Under the pieces are notes generated by a model. That model saw only the letters and a program-made list of their open reading frames with translations. It made no database searches and was not told the DNA's origin. From Podarcis gaigeae (taxonomy: Eukaryota), in NCBI GenBank assembly GCA_964106915.2, contig OZ066925.1: DNA of 64,000 bases; one strand, 5' to 3'. This document shows positions 38,081 to 49,500 of this stretch, piece by piece; the first letter of the stretch is position 1, and every line of letters starts with the position of its first letter. Position numbers and translations under genes: made by a program.

Positions 38081-40866
38081 TACAGGCTTATGTGATCTTT
38101 AACTTATCTGAAATAGCTGTGAGGAGATTACTGGAAACATTTGCTTCCAGATTAAATTAATTGCAATTTGTTATTTCATCCAAAATGGAACAAACTTAGT
38201 AAGTTTAAATGATGGTTTATCTAAACAAGCCAAGTTCAAACAGTGGTTTCTGATCTTAACCTGTTTGAATATATACCATATTTAAAACTAACTACATTTC
38301 CTAGTTTGGATGAAACGATTGACTGTGACTAAATTAAAATGGAAACAGATGCTTCTAATCTGCAGCCAGAGGAGGGAGGAGAGCAGGCTTCTGTATGTAA
38401 CACTAAACTATGGTTTAGTCACTATGGTGCTACATCTAATGCAGGTCAATATTTTATTGACAAATTGGACAAAATGAGAGCAAGGCACTTGAAATGAATA
38501 ATGGTGGGAGCAAAAGGATATTGGAAGTTAACAAACGCTGCTAGTAGAATTTTAGATGCTTTCATTCAGAACCAAATGTTCCACATCAGATTTTCTTTCT
38601 TTGAAGCATTATCACTGATCATGCTTCTTGTGATCAACCAAGAATCAGGAAAAATGTGACTTCCTGATGCAGTATCTTCTTTTTATTGATCCCTGTTGTA
38701 TTTTATATTTCTCTAGTTGGCTTTTCTAGCCTAGAGCATTTCTGAAATGACACACACGCCTCACTGGGATAAGCGCAAAATGCCTTGAGGACCACAGTTT
38801 CTAATCCTTAACATAATTTTCAAGGCAATCCAATTGTATATTAGCTCTGAAGGAAACCCCAGTATGTTCAGTGGGGTTTATTCCTAGGATTTATTTCAGA
38901 CATTTGTAGGTTGCTCTTCAATTTGTCAAAACTTCCAAGGCAGCTGACAACAAAATAAGACAATATCAACTGCACATTAGAATTGAAGGCACAGTGGTAG
39001 GAGATAAGTTGTTGGTATAAAGGTTCTCCTCATGATTTTAACTTGCTCCATATTTCATCTTAATGGCAAGGAAAAAAAACCTTTAAGAGAATAATTATGT
39101 TGTGAACTGAGAATGGCTGAGAGAAATTTCTCCTTGCCCCCTTGTGGTCAAATGGTTTTTTAAAAAATAATAATACTGCAAATATCCATGAATCTTACAT
39201 GAAAACAGTTGTGAAATTTAAGGTTCGATTACTTTAAAAGCTGGAAATGTAGGTGGGTGAAATGAGTACTCTGGTTCAGAACCAGCTCCTCCTTTAAGCA
39301 AAGATCAGTCTTGTGGGGGCCATTTTCTCTTGGTGGGCATTGGTGGGTTGAGCTTGTCGTGGTGGAAGGCAACAGGAACATCAGGTAACTGGAGGCTGCC
39401 GTTATTTCCCACAATGCTCCAGAGCAGAGTGATACCATGTCTGAGGCATTGTGGAAAATGAAAATGTCAGCTAGGCAGAGATGTTTGCTGCTGTTTGGAA
39501 CACCAGGCCAATGTGTTTGTTTAAAGGAGGCCTAGGACAGGCAGCAGTGATGGTTTCTTCTGTGACATTGGGGCCTTGGCAGCTGTCCAAGGATGTCAGG
39601 AGCGGATACCAGGCCTGCTCTAGCTAGGCTTGGTATCAGCTCCTTAGACAGGTAGAAGCAGCAGTCTTTGGGCTGAGGTGTTATTATTGCATTATTATGG
39701 GATTATGTTGGCCATTTGGGTGGGATTTAAGTCTAGGCTTTTCGCAGGCAATTATTTTAAATTAATAGAATGACCAGCTCTTACCTGTTTGGGTAAATGA
39801 ACACCTTATTTGTGTGCTATTATTTAATTCCCAGACTTCAAACAATGTGTTCTGTAGTATGTAGATTGTAGTCTAGAACAGTTGTGTTCAAAATGTGTTG
39901 GGTGACCTTGAACTTCTGCCAGCAATTCCTTCATTAGAAGTCAGCATTGGTACATTGTGGACAAACTTCCCTGAAAGACAGCTTACCCCCCTTACCCATC
40001 TTCCTGTCAAGTCTGCACTATTTGCAGTTGTTGGAGGGGAGCAGAGTGTCACATGCAGTGATATGCACAGAACCACATTAGAGTTAGGAAGAGCATACTA
40101 CTTAAGCAAGGTCTCAGCCTCAACAGGAAGACTTTTATATCCCTTCCAGTCCAGGAGAAGGGCAATAGCTAGTTTGGATGAGTGACCCAGGCAGCTCCTG
40201 AGACTTCTACTACTATAGTTGTGTTCTATGAAATATTTTCATGGGGCAACGATGAGACCCAACTGCCCTGCCTCTTGGTAATCAGCATGAACAATGTATG
40301 CCCTATAACTTGTTTAAGAATGCTCAGAGGTGGCCAAGTTTTTGATTACTCATCCTTAAGAGATCTGATTATACAATAACTGTAAACAGGAGTTGCCTGT
40401 TTGCTATGTGCTCTAGAATTGCTCAAAATATTTGCACGCAAAAGGTTCCATCAAAAAGAAAACTAAGCGCCATGTAGATTGCGCTTTTAGGATTTATTTC
40501 ACATAGGTTGCCAGCGGAATTCATAATGAAGTTTGCCCATTGTCCCTCAATAGCCAGCAGCATGGCCCAACATAGTTTCCAACATAAGACATTGTTATGG
40601 GATATTATTATTACTATTAAGTATGATTTAACCAACAATATTTTTAAAAGCAAGTATTCATTGATGGATATTTATCTTTACCACAAACGTTTAGAATGTG
40701 ATGGTAATATAATGGCTTAATAACTGAAATTCAAAGCTATTTCTGTTACAAATATTGTGTTGATATTATAATCCAGATTTAAAAGATATATTGTCTCCCT
40801 TTAACTGAGCTTTGTCAGATTCAGATAGTCTTATGATTACTCATCGTTACACAGCAAATGGATGTA

Positions 40867-41108
40867 CAGTGGTACCTTGGGTTAAGTACTTAATTCGTTC
40901 CGGAGGTCCATACTTAACCTGAAACTGTTCTTAACCTGAAGCACCACTTTAGCTAATGGGGCCTCCTGCTGCTGCTGCGCCGCTAGAGCACGATTTCTGT
41001 TTTCATCCTGAAGCAAAGTTCTTAACCTGAAGCACTATTTCTGGGTTAGCGGAGTCTGTAACCTGAAGCGTATGTAACCTGAAGTGTATGTAACCCGAGA
41101 TACCACTG
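40867..41108. mobile_element. Tc1/mariner-pogo MITE (family A, copy 4)
   Basis: TA-flanked CAGTGGTA TIRs. Confidence 0.9.
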
Positions 41109-42209
41109 TAATGAAACGCTATCACGGGAGGATGTGAATTTGATCAGAATCTTTTCTTCCTGTGAGTGGAAAAGTAGCATAGGAAAGACAATTTGGTGTG
41201 TGGGGCAAATCACAGAGGGCAAAGATTTAAGATCACACATACACCAAGACTCCTGTGGCAGACCTCAAAGCTGCTGTGGCTGCTTTTCATAAAATACACT
41301 TTAAGAAATGCAGGAGAGACCGCAGTATTAATTCTAATGGGCTTTTACTGCAGAACATCATACTGGTTATATTTAAAATACTGGATTTAGACTGTACCAG
41401 CCCAATTAGATATTTAATACATCAAACAAAACAAAAAACAGTTTCTACAGATGTATCTTTGGTTAGATCCTACTTCTAAAGCATGTATGAAATGATGGCC
41501 CATCCCACTCCACAACTTTATGGATCAATAACTCCTGATAAAATAAGGGAAGTGAGTGGTGATTGAAAAGCCATAATGCACAGTTTGGTCTATTAATTTT
41601 TAGATTGTGGGCAGAACCTGCTTTTATTGTACCATGCAGTAGTAATTGTTGGTAATAACAACAACAAGAGCAATCACAATTAGGTGCTTTATGGCTATGA
41701 ACACTGCACCACACAATCCATTCTTGGTTTTGTCTGAATATCTGGCAGCCTTTTAAAAAACGTATTTAGCATTCATGTAGTGAAGCCCGACAGCGATTAA
41801 GTACCACCTGAGAATGAGTTTTAGCTGATAACTGATTTACTAATTTTTGTTGAGGTAGATTTACAGCAGTGTTTGGAACTTTATACTCATTTTAAATTCC
41901 TTTGAGAAGATAAAAGTGTGGCTAAATATTTATATTTGAGGTTATGGAACTCCATCACAAATGACATTGATGTCCTCATTTAGGTGCAAGGTGAAAATGT
42001 TTTTGTCCCACTCTACACAAAGGAATTAAAAGTGAGCACATTTCCAGGGTGAGTCACAACAATTTAAAATACAGCATTAAACACAGTTTAAAACAAATTA
42101 ACAACCACAAGCTTAGTAACTGTTTGCAAAAAAGTGAAGGTGGGCAGAGCATTACTGACTTAACATGTCTAATATTATGCACATCTACACTGATAGATTG
42201 GTACTGTGA

Positions 42210-42375
42210 CTGTGACGCAAAAGATCTTGGGGTCATAGCGGATAGTTCACTGACAGCATCAACTACAGGTGCTGCAGCAACAAAAATGGCAAAATCAGTA
42301 CTGTATTAACAATGATAAGGAAAGGGACTGAAAACAATTCAGCAATGATCATCCTAGTGACAGTTCCATTATGCA
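42210..42375 (+). mobile_element. CR1 ORF2 internal fragment
   Basis: KDLGVIADSSLTAST..AAATKMAKS..IRKGTEN matches the CR1 motif EKDLGV.VD..L..S.QCAAA.KKAN..LG.IRKG.EN. Confidence 0.7.
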
Positions 42376-42689
42376 AAAGGATTGTGTGGGCAGAAATAGA
42401 TCTCCTTTGTATAACGTCATATGCTTTCCCAAAAATCTTCACGCTTTTCCAAAATCAGTTGGTGAATAGAGGCACTTGTTAAGATTCATCTATGACAAAT
42501 CCGTGAAAGCGACAAAGCTTGAATCATCATTTGGAATATAATTTCCTTCTCTCTCTCTCTCTCAGGCCTTTGCTGAATAATACAGTAAACTCTGCTGCTA
42601 TATTCGAACGATTATCCCATTCGTATCTCCGCAGCAACTTAGGGAGTGTAGGACTAGCGGACCGAACCTAAGATCCACCCAGCGAGTTC

Positions 42690-43610
42690 CGTGTCTTGAG
42701 CTAACGTGTGAATCCACGCCTCCCTGGCCCGGCTCTTTCGCAGGCTCCCCTCTGTCACGCTGTCGGGAAAAGTTTCGCAACAAGAGCGCGGGAGGCTTTT
42801 TTGTGGGCGCTTATGGGTGGCTGTGTGCCGTTGCGAAGGATCCTGTTTTGTTTATAGCGCGAGAGAGGCCTCGTTTCCCCTTGGATGTGGGGGCGGCTGG
42901 CAGCTGCCCTCCCCTCGCAGCCTCCTTCGGCCTGGCTGGAGGTTTCTTTTCTTCCAGGCCTTCCCAAAAAACAAGCCTCCCGGCATCGGCCGGTTGCTAG
43001 GCGTCGTGACGACAGAGGTGCGGCGGGCGGCGATTGGCGGAGGCCCTGCTCTTCCCCCCCGTGGGATTCGCAGGGGGAGGGGCGGAACCGGCGCGGACGC
43101 TGGAGCATGCGCAGTGGGAGGCGAGCGTCCTGCCCGGCCACGTCTGCCGGGTCCTGCCGCAAGCGGCTGTGCTGAGGAGAGCCCGACTGAGGAGGCCAGC
43201 TGCTCGGCCCCATGGGCTGCTCCGCGCGACCCTCGCCGGGGCTGCACCGGCGGCCCCTGCTGCTGCTCGCGCTCCTCCTGCTCTCGCAGCCCGCCTCGGC
43301 TTGGGAGAGCGGAGACTTGGAGCTCTTCGACCTGGTGGAGGAGGTCCCGCAAAACTTCTACGTCTTCCTAGGAGTTGAGCAGGTGAGGGGAGGCAGCGCC
43401 AGGAGGAGACCCCCCCCCCCCGGGCGGGCACGGGGTCCGGCCCGGCCCGCCGTTCCTGCTTCCCTTCCGGCTGGGCCCGGCTGCGACCTCCCCTGAAACC
43501 CGGGGCTCGGGCCCGGAGAGTTTGGGGCGGCCGAGAACCGGGACCAGAGGGCTCCTGAGCATGTGCAGATTAACTTCTCGGGCGGCGGCTGCTGCTGCCT
43601 GGCTCCGCGT
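42690..43610 (+). promoter_or_regulatory. DNAJC1: CpG island / DNAJC1 promoter
   Basis: The only long GC- and CpG-dense stretch outside TEs; spans exon 1; inverted CCAAT (ATTGG 43033), GC-box (GGGGCGG ~43078), NRF1-like GCATGCGCA (43105-43113), GCCACGTC (43137-43144). Confidence 0.85.
43212..43382 (+). CDS. DNAJC1: DnaJ homolog subfamily C member 1 (ERdj1/MTJ1), coding exon 1: signal peptide and start of J-domain
   Basis: MGCSARPSPGLHRRPLLLLALLLLSQPASA-WESGDLELFDLVEEVPQNFYVFLGVEQ matches the DNAJC1 N-terminus; donor CAG|GTGAGG at 43383; 171 nt, phase 0. Confidence 0.95.
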
Positions 43611-44264
43611 ATCTGGGGGGAGGTTTGTGAAGCAGGTCTATAGTGTGGGTTATAAAGTTGTGTGCGTGTGTTTCTAAAGTATGCAATGCTGCCTCTTCTA
43701 CCTCTTGTAGCTTATTTGTTGCCCAATCACCACCGTTTCTCCCTGTGGCGAGGAAACTCAGCTTTCCCTTGACCTCTTCTCTCTCGCCCATTTATTCTCC
43801 TTTTTGATGATTGGATATTTCCCTTCTGACCATCCCGCTCTCTTCTAAAGTTGCGGTGTTCTGTGTTTGGATCCTGCAGGCTCCATTGTGCTCTTTCCTC
43901 CTTCCTTCCACCTTTATGTTAAAATGTAGTTGCCCCTTTTTATCTCACTTCTTTTCATCCCAAACCTCTGTAGGAGACTTCCCCTTTTCTTTCAAATCTA
44001 GGCCACCAAGCCTGCAAACATATTCTATTCTCCCCCACCCCACTGCTTTTATGGAAGTGGCCTATTTCCCTTTTTTTGGAGACTTTTTTGCACCTTAAAC
44101 CTGTCTAGATTTATAAGTGAAAACTTACACGTTTCCCTTCCGTTTGTGGAGGAAGCCATGTGATGCATGCTTATTTTCTTGCTATTTACATCTAACATTC
44201 TGAAGCATGGACTGCTCCCAGTATTCTAATGGTCTGTTCAATAACGTTGCCTTCAGAGGCCTGT

Positions 44265-44620
44265 CACTGTGTGTCCCTATCTTTGGAGTTTTGTCTGGTG
44301 GCAACTGGGCATAGGAATGGTATCCCATCCTTAGAGTTCCCTCCTCAGAAAGGCCTGTCTGCCACCCTTCCTTTTAACATCTTAGCTGTGGGTTAAAAGT
44401 GATTTTCTTTACCTTTAGTTTTTAATCAACAACAAGATGTTGCTGCTGTGTTTGTGGCACTGATTTTATTGATACTTATTTTATTTGGTAGTTTTACTGA
44501 TGTTTTGGTTTACTTATAGTTGTTTATCTTGATTGTGTACTAACTCATGAATCCATTGCATTAAAAAGCAAGATATAAATGCCATAAATAAATAAATAAA
44601 TAAATAAATAAATGAATGAA
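44265..44620 (+). mobile_element. Degenerate L2-like 3' end with (TAAA)n tail
   Basis: Pyrimidine/T-rich 3' UTR ending in (TAAA)n(TGAA)n at 44586-44621. Confidence 0.5.
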
Positions 44621-45794
44621 TGCATTGGATGTGTGGCTGGTATTGAGGAGCTACTAGGGAAACTTAAAAGTTATCTTAAGTTTGTATTAGGAAATAGTGT
44701 CCAGCTAAACAGTATTGTAAAAGATCAGGTTAACTATTCTGAAACAGATTTGAATGGATTTTACGTTTTGTTTTTTAAATAAAGACTGATGTAGCAGATC
44801 CGGCAGAACCTAGTCAGCAGGTGGCTCAGCTTATTTCTGCTCCTGATGTTTGGACAGGAGTAGCTACTTTGTTTGAGGATCAAATTTTCCTTGAAGCGTG
44901 TGGTATAATTTCAATTTGAAACAGGCATAGTTGAGACCTGAACCGAATCTAATCATCATATCCAGTTCTGATTCAGACATTAATGTAAAATGATGAAATA
45001 ACTGGTTCCGTTACTATGAACTTATGTTTTGCAGATTGATAACCAACCCTTCTTGCGGAGTAAGCCCAATGAGAGTGAATATAATGATGAATACTTAACT
45101 AGAGAACTTTTTATATATTTAAAACATGGTGGCGGATCCAAAGAGCCATTCTTCTTCCTCTGTCACTCCAACTGACCTTAAAAGGGCTCTCCCCTGAACA
45201 GCATTTGTTGAAGCCTGAGAACTTGCAGTTGGAAGGGGAACTTGTAGAAGCCCACATAATTGCCAAGGTGCATGCTTGAGGATCATTGGATCTTGACTGT
45301 TTTCACACACAAATACCACATCCTGTAGAATTCTATCATTGTACAATCAGAATGAATTTCAGGAACCAAAATGCTTTTTCTGTGCAGCCTGAGCAGCAGC
45401 AGTGAACAGTTACTTATTGCTGCTTGTCTCTACTTACCCCACACCACCATCCTGCTCACAGTTGTGGAGAATATATTTACGTTATGAATGGTCCGTGTCA
45501 CCATTAAGAAAAAGAAGTAGGAATATGCCAGTGTATTTGTGGACTGTCCCTGGATCAGGTGACTCTTCTTCTTTAAGTTCTCAAAGTCCTTGACCTACCT
45601 CAATGTTGTCATATGAACTAGCCAGATGTTTAACTGATAATCACAGTTAGCCTGTCATTTAAAAAATAAGACTTTAGAGCTGTCTTGCCCAACAAGGTGC
45701 CTTCTAGATGGTGTGTACTATAACTTCTGTCAGCCTTAGCCAATATTATCAATGGTCACCTATTTGGGGAGCTGTGGAACTTGTTGAGTGGCAC

Positions 45795-46545
45795 TATTCT
45801 TATTCTTATTATCATTACTATTTACATTTAGTAAATTTGTATACCCCCTTCATCTGTAGATCTCAGGATGGTTCACAACATAAAATTAAAACATGAAAAC
45901 AAACCATAAAATAAATACATAATAAAAAGATAATGGAAAACCAATTTCCCTCTCCCACAATACATTTAAGAGGGATTTGGTTGTTAATCAACCAAAGGCC
46001 TGGTTGAAGAGGAATGTTTTTGGCTGTCACCTAAAGGCATGCAATGAAGCCACCAGTTGAATCTCTTTGAGGAGAGCTTTCCACAAATGGGGAGTCAGTG
46101 CAAAAAAGGCCTGTTTCTGTGTTGCCACCTGCTGGACCTTTCATGGAGGAGGCACACGAAGAAGGCCCTCTTAAGTGTCTGGGTGGATTCATATGGAAAG
46201 AGGTGGTCCTTGAGGTATTGCAGTCCTGAGCTGTTTAAAGCTTTATAGGTCAAAACCAGCACTTTGAATTGGGCCTGGAAACTAATTGTCAGCCCGTGCA
46301 GTCAGGCCAGGATTGGTGTAATATGCTCAAACAATCTTGCCCAGGTGAACAACGTGGCCACCAAATTCTGCACCAGCTGAAGTTTCTGAACCATTTTATG
46401 AGACACCCGTATGTATAACACTGTTGCAGTAATCTAACCTAGATATTTAATCTAACCTAGAGATTACCAGAGCATAGACAATGGTAGCTGGCTTGTCCCT
46501 GTCCAGATATGAGTGCACCTGTTCCACCAACCCAAGCTGATGCAA
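45795..46545 (-). mobile_element. L2-clade LINE fragment in DNAJC1 intron 1
   Basis: Minus strand encodes ALVISRLDYCN-like and YKALNSSGLQYLKDHL-like segments; internal 18-bp duplication of TAATCTAACCTAGA at ~46430-46462. Confidence 0.75.
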
Positions 46546-49500
46546 GCTGAAATAGGTTGGGGAAGGCTGTTTTAAAGATTCCAGTGCATACACATGGGCA
46601 AAATGCAACCAATTAGTGTAGTATGGCGATTCTAATTTGTGGGGAAGTGGGGGGTCATCACAGTTCATTTCTGGATTAAATATGAAGAAAAATAGCCTTT
46701 CGGCATCATTGTCAAATCCAACACCATACGATGCCTGGGCCATTTTGCCTGTTTGATAATTTGGCCCTGGTCGAAAGAGCCTTGAACTCTGTCCTCAGAA
46801 AAATAGTACAAGTATTATTGTCTGTTCCACAGTCTTTCCATGGACTACCTGAATCGAGCTCACAGATCATCAGTGGTTAACAGAACAAAGTATGAGATAA
46901 GGGATGAGGTACTACTTGCCCCAAGAGAGACTTGAGGCATATTATTTGCTTTTTTATTCAGGAAGTAGCTCCTTGGCCTGGCCGTTCTAAGAACTGGATA
47001 TTTCCCCTTCTAAGCTATGCAAATAAGGGCTGGCTCAGTTCTCAGTGGCTCCCATTCAGACTGGGACATGGTTGATGGTGGAATAGAGGCATCTTTCACT
47101 CCAGACACAAGGTCATCCATCACCTGAGCAGCAGCATCTGAGTAAACCCATTTACTTTCTCTTATATAAATGAATGACTGCTCTTCATTCACAGGGGAGA
47201 AAAATAAAGTGCTGTGCTTGAGGACAAACCTTACCTAGTTTATGACCCTGTGGCTTGATGTGTCTTTCTGCACAGAAATATGCTGCACCTGTGGGTTCTT
47301 CAATATACAGGCCTCTTTCCCATGCATTCCATTGCTCATTATAATGACAAGCATTTCAGTAGAAACAAACAGATTGATCTGAATCCTATACTCTCTCTCT
47401 GTGTGTCTCTCTTTAAAAAATGCTTTATTTTAAACTAATTTATTGTTAGCCCTTCTGCTAGAATATGAATAAATGGAGGATAATTGCTGCACCTTTAGAA
47501 AATTAACCTGTGAAGTAGTTCTGTTACCTGGATGTACATTTAAACTACGTGTGAGCTGAAATGCAACTTTTAAAACTTGACCAAGCACATTTTCTATATG
47601 AAGAATACAAAACAATAAAACCAGTCAGTTTTCAAGGACAATGCAGATGTTGTATTGTTTAGACCTGAATAACTTTTTCAGAACCTGATGATGACATCTG
47701 CTTGGTCTGTAGCTATAGCAACTCCTCAATGGCTTCCTTTCTAATTTTCACATAGAACTGACATTTTAATAGCTCATTCAGAGCACTTAATAACCTTATG
47801 ACAAGAAGCCCCTAAACAGATCTGCAATAGATTAAAGAAAAATCTTTATATGGGACAGTAGTTTTTAAAAAATCCGCTTCATAACTGGAGGCTTAAAGAT
47901 GATAGTTCTTCTTACCAGCATATGCAAAGTAATTTCTTAAACAATTAATATATATTAATTAATATATATTTTCTTTTTTGCAATGGAAAAACACCGAGTT
48001 CTTATTGGAACTCAATCAACAGAAGTTCAAGCGGTTCTTGAGGATACTGAATAACCTTTAAGCAAACCTAGACATAAGTACCAATTAGTCATAACTTCCT
48101 TGGTCTCCAGCTGATGTTTACATTGTATGAAGTCTTAGCTCTCCTCCTTGAGGCATGGAGGAAGATCTTAAGTTTTGTTTTCCACATTCCATGTTTGTGA
48201 AAATGTTCTGGCTAGCTCCCTGGTCTATGCCAGTCCTAGTTCTTAGACATGTTGACCACTTCCATAGAAGAAGTTTTAAATTGCCTTGGAGCTCTGCTTT
48301 AGGATGTTTTTGTGAATGTCTGATAATTCTTAATGTGGAGGAGAGTCCTTTGTGAAGTGCACAATTTGAACTGAAAGAGTAAAAACAATGCAGCATTTTA
48401 TCTGTAATTGAAAAAGTGTTCTGTTATATAACACAATGGTGGGAAGGGTGATTCCTGTTGAAGGAAGATTTAATTTTCTTTCTTTAAAAACCTTTCGTCA
48501 TAGGCTATTTTGTGCAGAGCTATCACCTTTTTTATTTAGCTGTATATTTCTTGTTCTGGGTATACTGTCCCTGGTCATTTGACTTGGTTGACTTGGATAA
48601 GTGGTAGAGGCCAGATAGCGTGAACAAGGGAAGGCTTAAATTAAGCTCACTCTTCTACACCCATGACCAAATGTGAAGTTGCCTAATATTTGGTGTGTAA
48701 TCAATTGCTGCTTTTTGAGAATGTCAGTCTAATAGACATTGTGAAGTACTCCTGTAAGCATGCTACTGATTTCATTTGATTCTAACATTTTGTCTGCCAA
48801 GATCTTTTCTTGTTTCCCTTAGATCTGCTAGTGATCTTGCCAGTGTTTGGCCTTGTAGTGCAGACTTTGCTCTAGATGGGACGGGGGTGGGGGGGTGGAT
48901 AGTTTTGCCTGATCTCAGTTTTATCAGGCAGCTTTGTAGAACTGAGTAGGTTAACAGCTGCACATTCAACTTATCCTTGTCCAATGACAGCATACACAGA
49001 ATCAGTTGCCTTGTCTGCTCCTGACGACTCAACGTGTGTTCTCTCTCTGAGAAAGATATGACAAATCCAGGGAGATTTGTCATATCTTTCTTAAAGCACT
49101 AATGCTGGCTTGCTGTCAGTTCAAGGTAAGCATGACTTCCATTCTTTCCAAATCCTCCCTGCATCTTTCTGAATTATGCCCTACATGTCAGGGTCGCAGC
49201 CTAGGTGTAATCTTCTGACCTAGTGTGCCCTCTTTACCCATGGCTATTCCATTGCCTTGTTCTGCTAGCTGCGACTGCAACTGATGCAAGCTTTGCTTTG
49301 TTCTCTGTAATGCAAAGCTTTATTGGCTTTCTAGCTTGATAGAGAAATATGTAGACTTGTGCGCATCATTATTCTTGCACTGCATGTCTGTCCATTGGTT
49401 GCAGAACCAAACACACACCTGCTTTTGCTAACCACAACATTGCTGGTTCTATATGTTCTATATATGTTTAATAGTCTTTGGTGGGATTTGTAGCATCCAA

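Noticed and set aside
1-42690. Endogenous bornavirus-like gene (human EBLN1 lies on this side of DNAJC1) or other viral insert
   Set aside because: No ORF resembles a viral protein, and EBLN1 is a primate-lineage insertion. A tBLASTn would be needed to exclude highly decayed relics.
43019-43070. Canonical ERSE or ERSE-II
   Set aside because: ATTGG at 43033 and CGTGG at ~43060 do not have the required order and spacing.
42598-43562. Many overlapping ORFs on both strands
   Set aside because: CpG-island artefact; only the frame at 43212-43382 matches DNAJC1.
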